Shown one piece after another: positions 56,302 to 56,483 of a DNA stretch of 56,483 nt. Each line of letters opens with the position of its first letter. Position 1 is the stretch's first letter. The notes beneath the pieces were generated by a model. That model did not search any database. It saw only the letters and a program-made list of their open reading frames with translations, and was not told the origin of the DNA. The translations under genes and the position numbers were made by a program. This DNA comes from Actinomycetota bacterium (GTDB lineage Bacteria > Actinomycetota > Acidimicrobiia > Acidimicrobiales > Acidimicrobilacustridaceae), in NCBI GenBank assembly GCA_009703275.1, contig WLGJ01000001.1, positions 1 to 56,483 of the forward strand, given 5' to 3'.

Positions 56302-56483
56302 ATGTCCGAACAGGCCAAAGAGCAAATCCGTATTGCAGCCCCGGTCGATCGTTGTTTCGCGACGTTGGTCGACTTTTCTTCCTACCCCGATTGGGCGGGC
56401 GACCTCAAAGAGGTCACGGTCGTCGAGTCCGATTCCGATGGCCGCGCGATCGTTGTCGAGTTCCGTGCCGCCGCCATGGGCCG
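56302..56483 (+). CDS. SRPBCC/polyketide cyclase family protein, N-terminal part (runs off the window)
   Basis: MSEQAKEQIRIAAPVDRCFATLVDFSSYPDWAGDLKEV...DGR. TAGGGT -10 six nt before the ATG. Confidence 0.8.
   Translation, partial: MSEQAKEQIRIAAPVDRCFATLVDFSSYPDWAGDLKEVTVVESDSDGRAIVVEFRAAAMG

Overview
A gene-dense, high-GC (about 60% by eye) actinobacterial chromosome segment. It is most likely class Acidimicrobiia, inferred from the mycobacterium-like synteny, WhiB, a G-type halohydrin dehalogenase and many leaderless starts. Core content: dnaG 3' end-sigA-tRNA-Asn-tRNA(CAT), tRNA-Val, a class A PBP, rnpB, whiB-trpD, an Rv2191-like exonuclease with an SOS box, queG and pimB'. Accessory content: a surface-glycan cluster (two GT2, GT4, AftD-like GT-C, sulfotransferase-methyltransferase fusion, methyltransferase) interrupted by a DUF2271/PepSY/ApbE flavinylation module, plus several catabolic operons. 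Best leads: (1) a 1.64-kb integrase-less cassette at tRNA-Val, bounded by a 34-bp tRNA 3'-end direct repeat, carrying a secreted 8-repeat beta-propeller/Fn3 protein that ends in PAFTG-stop. A second, synonymously recoded PAFTG-stop gene remnant lies 2 kb away, suggesting a C-terminal sorting signal without a membrane anchor. (2) A GlpD / alkyl-DHAP-synthase-like / altered glycerol-kinase operon that could process glyceryl ethers. (3) An HheG-like dehalogenase divergent from an SDR-arylsulfatase operon across a perfect palindrome. (4) A signal-less ApbE paired with a Tat-exported flavinylation target. All calls come from motif reading and recalled family knowledge; no searches were run.
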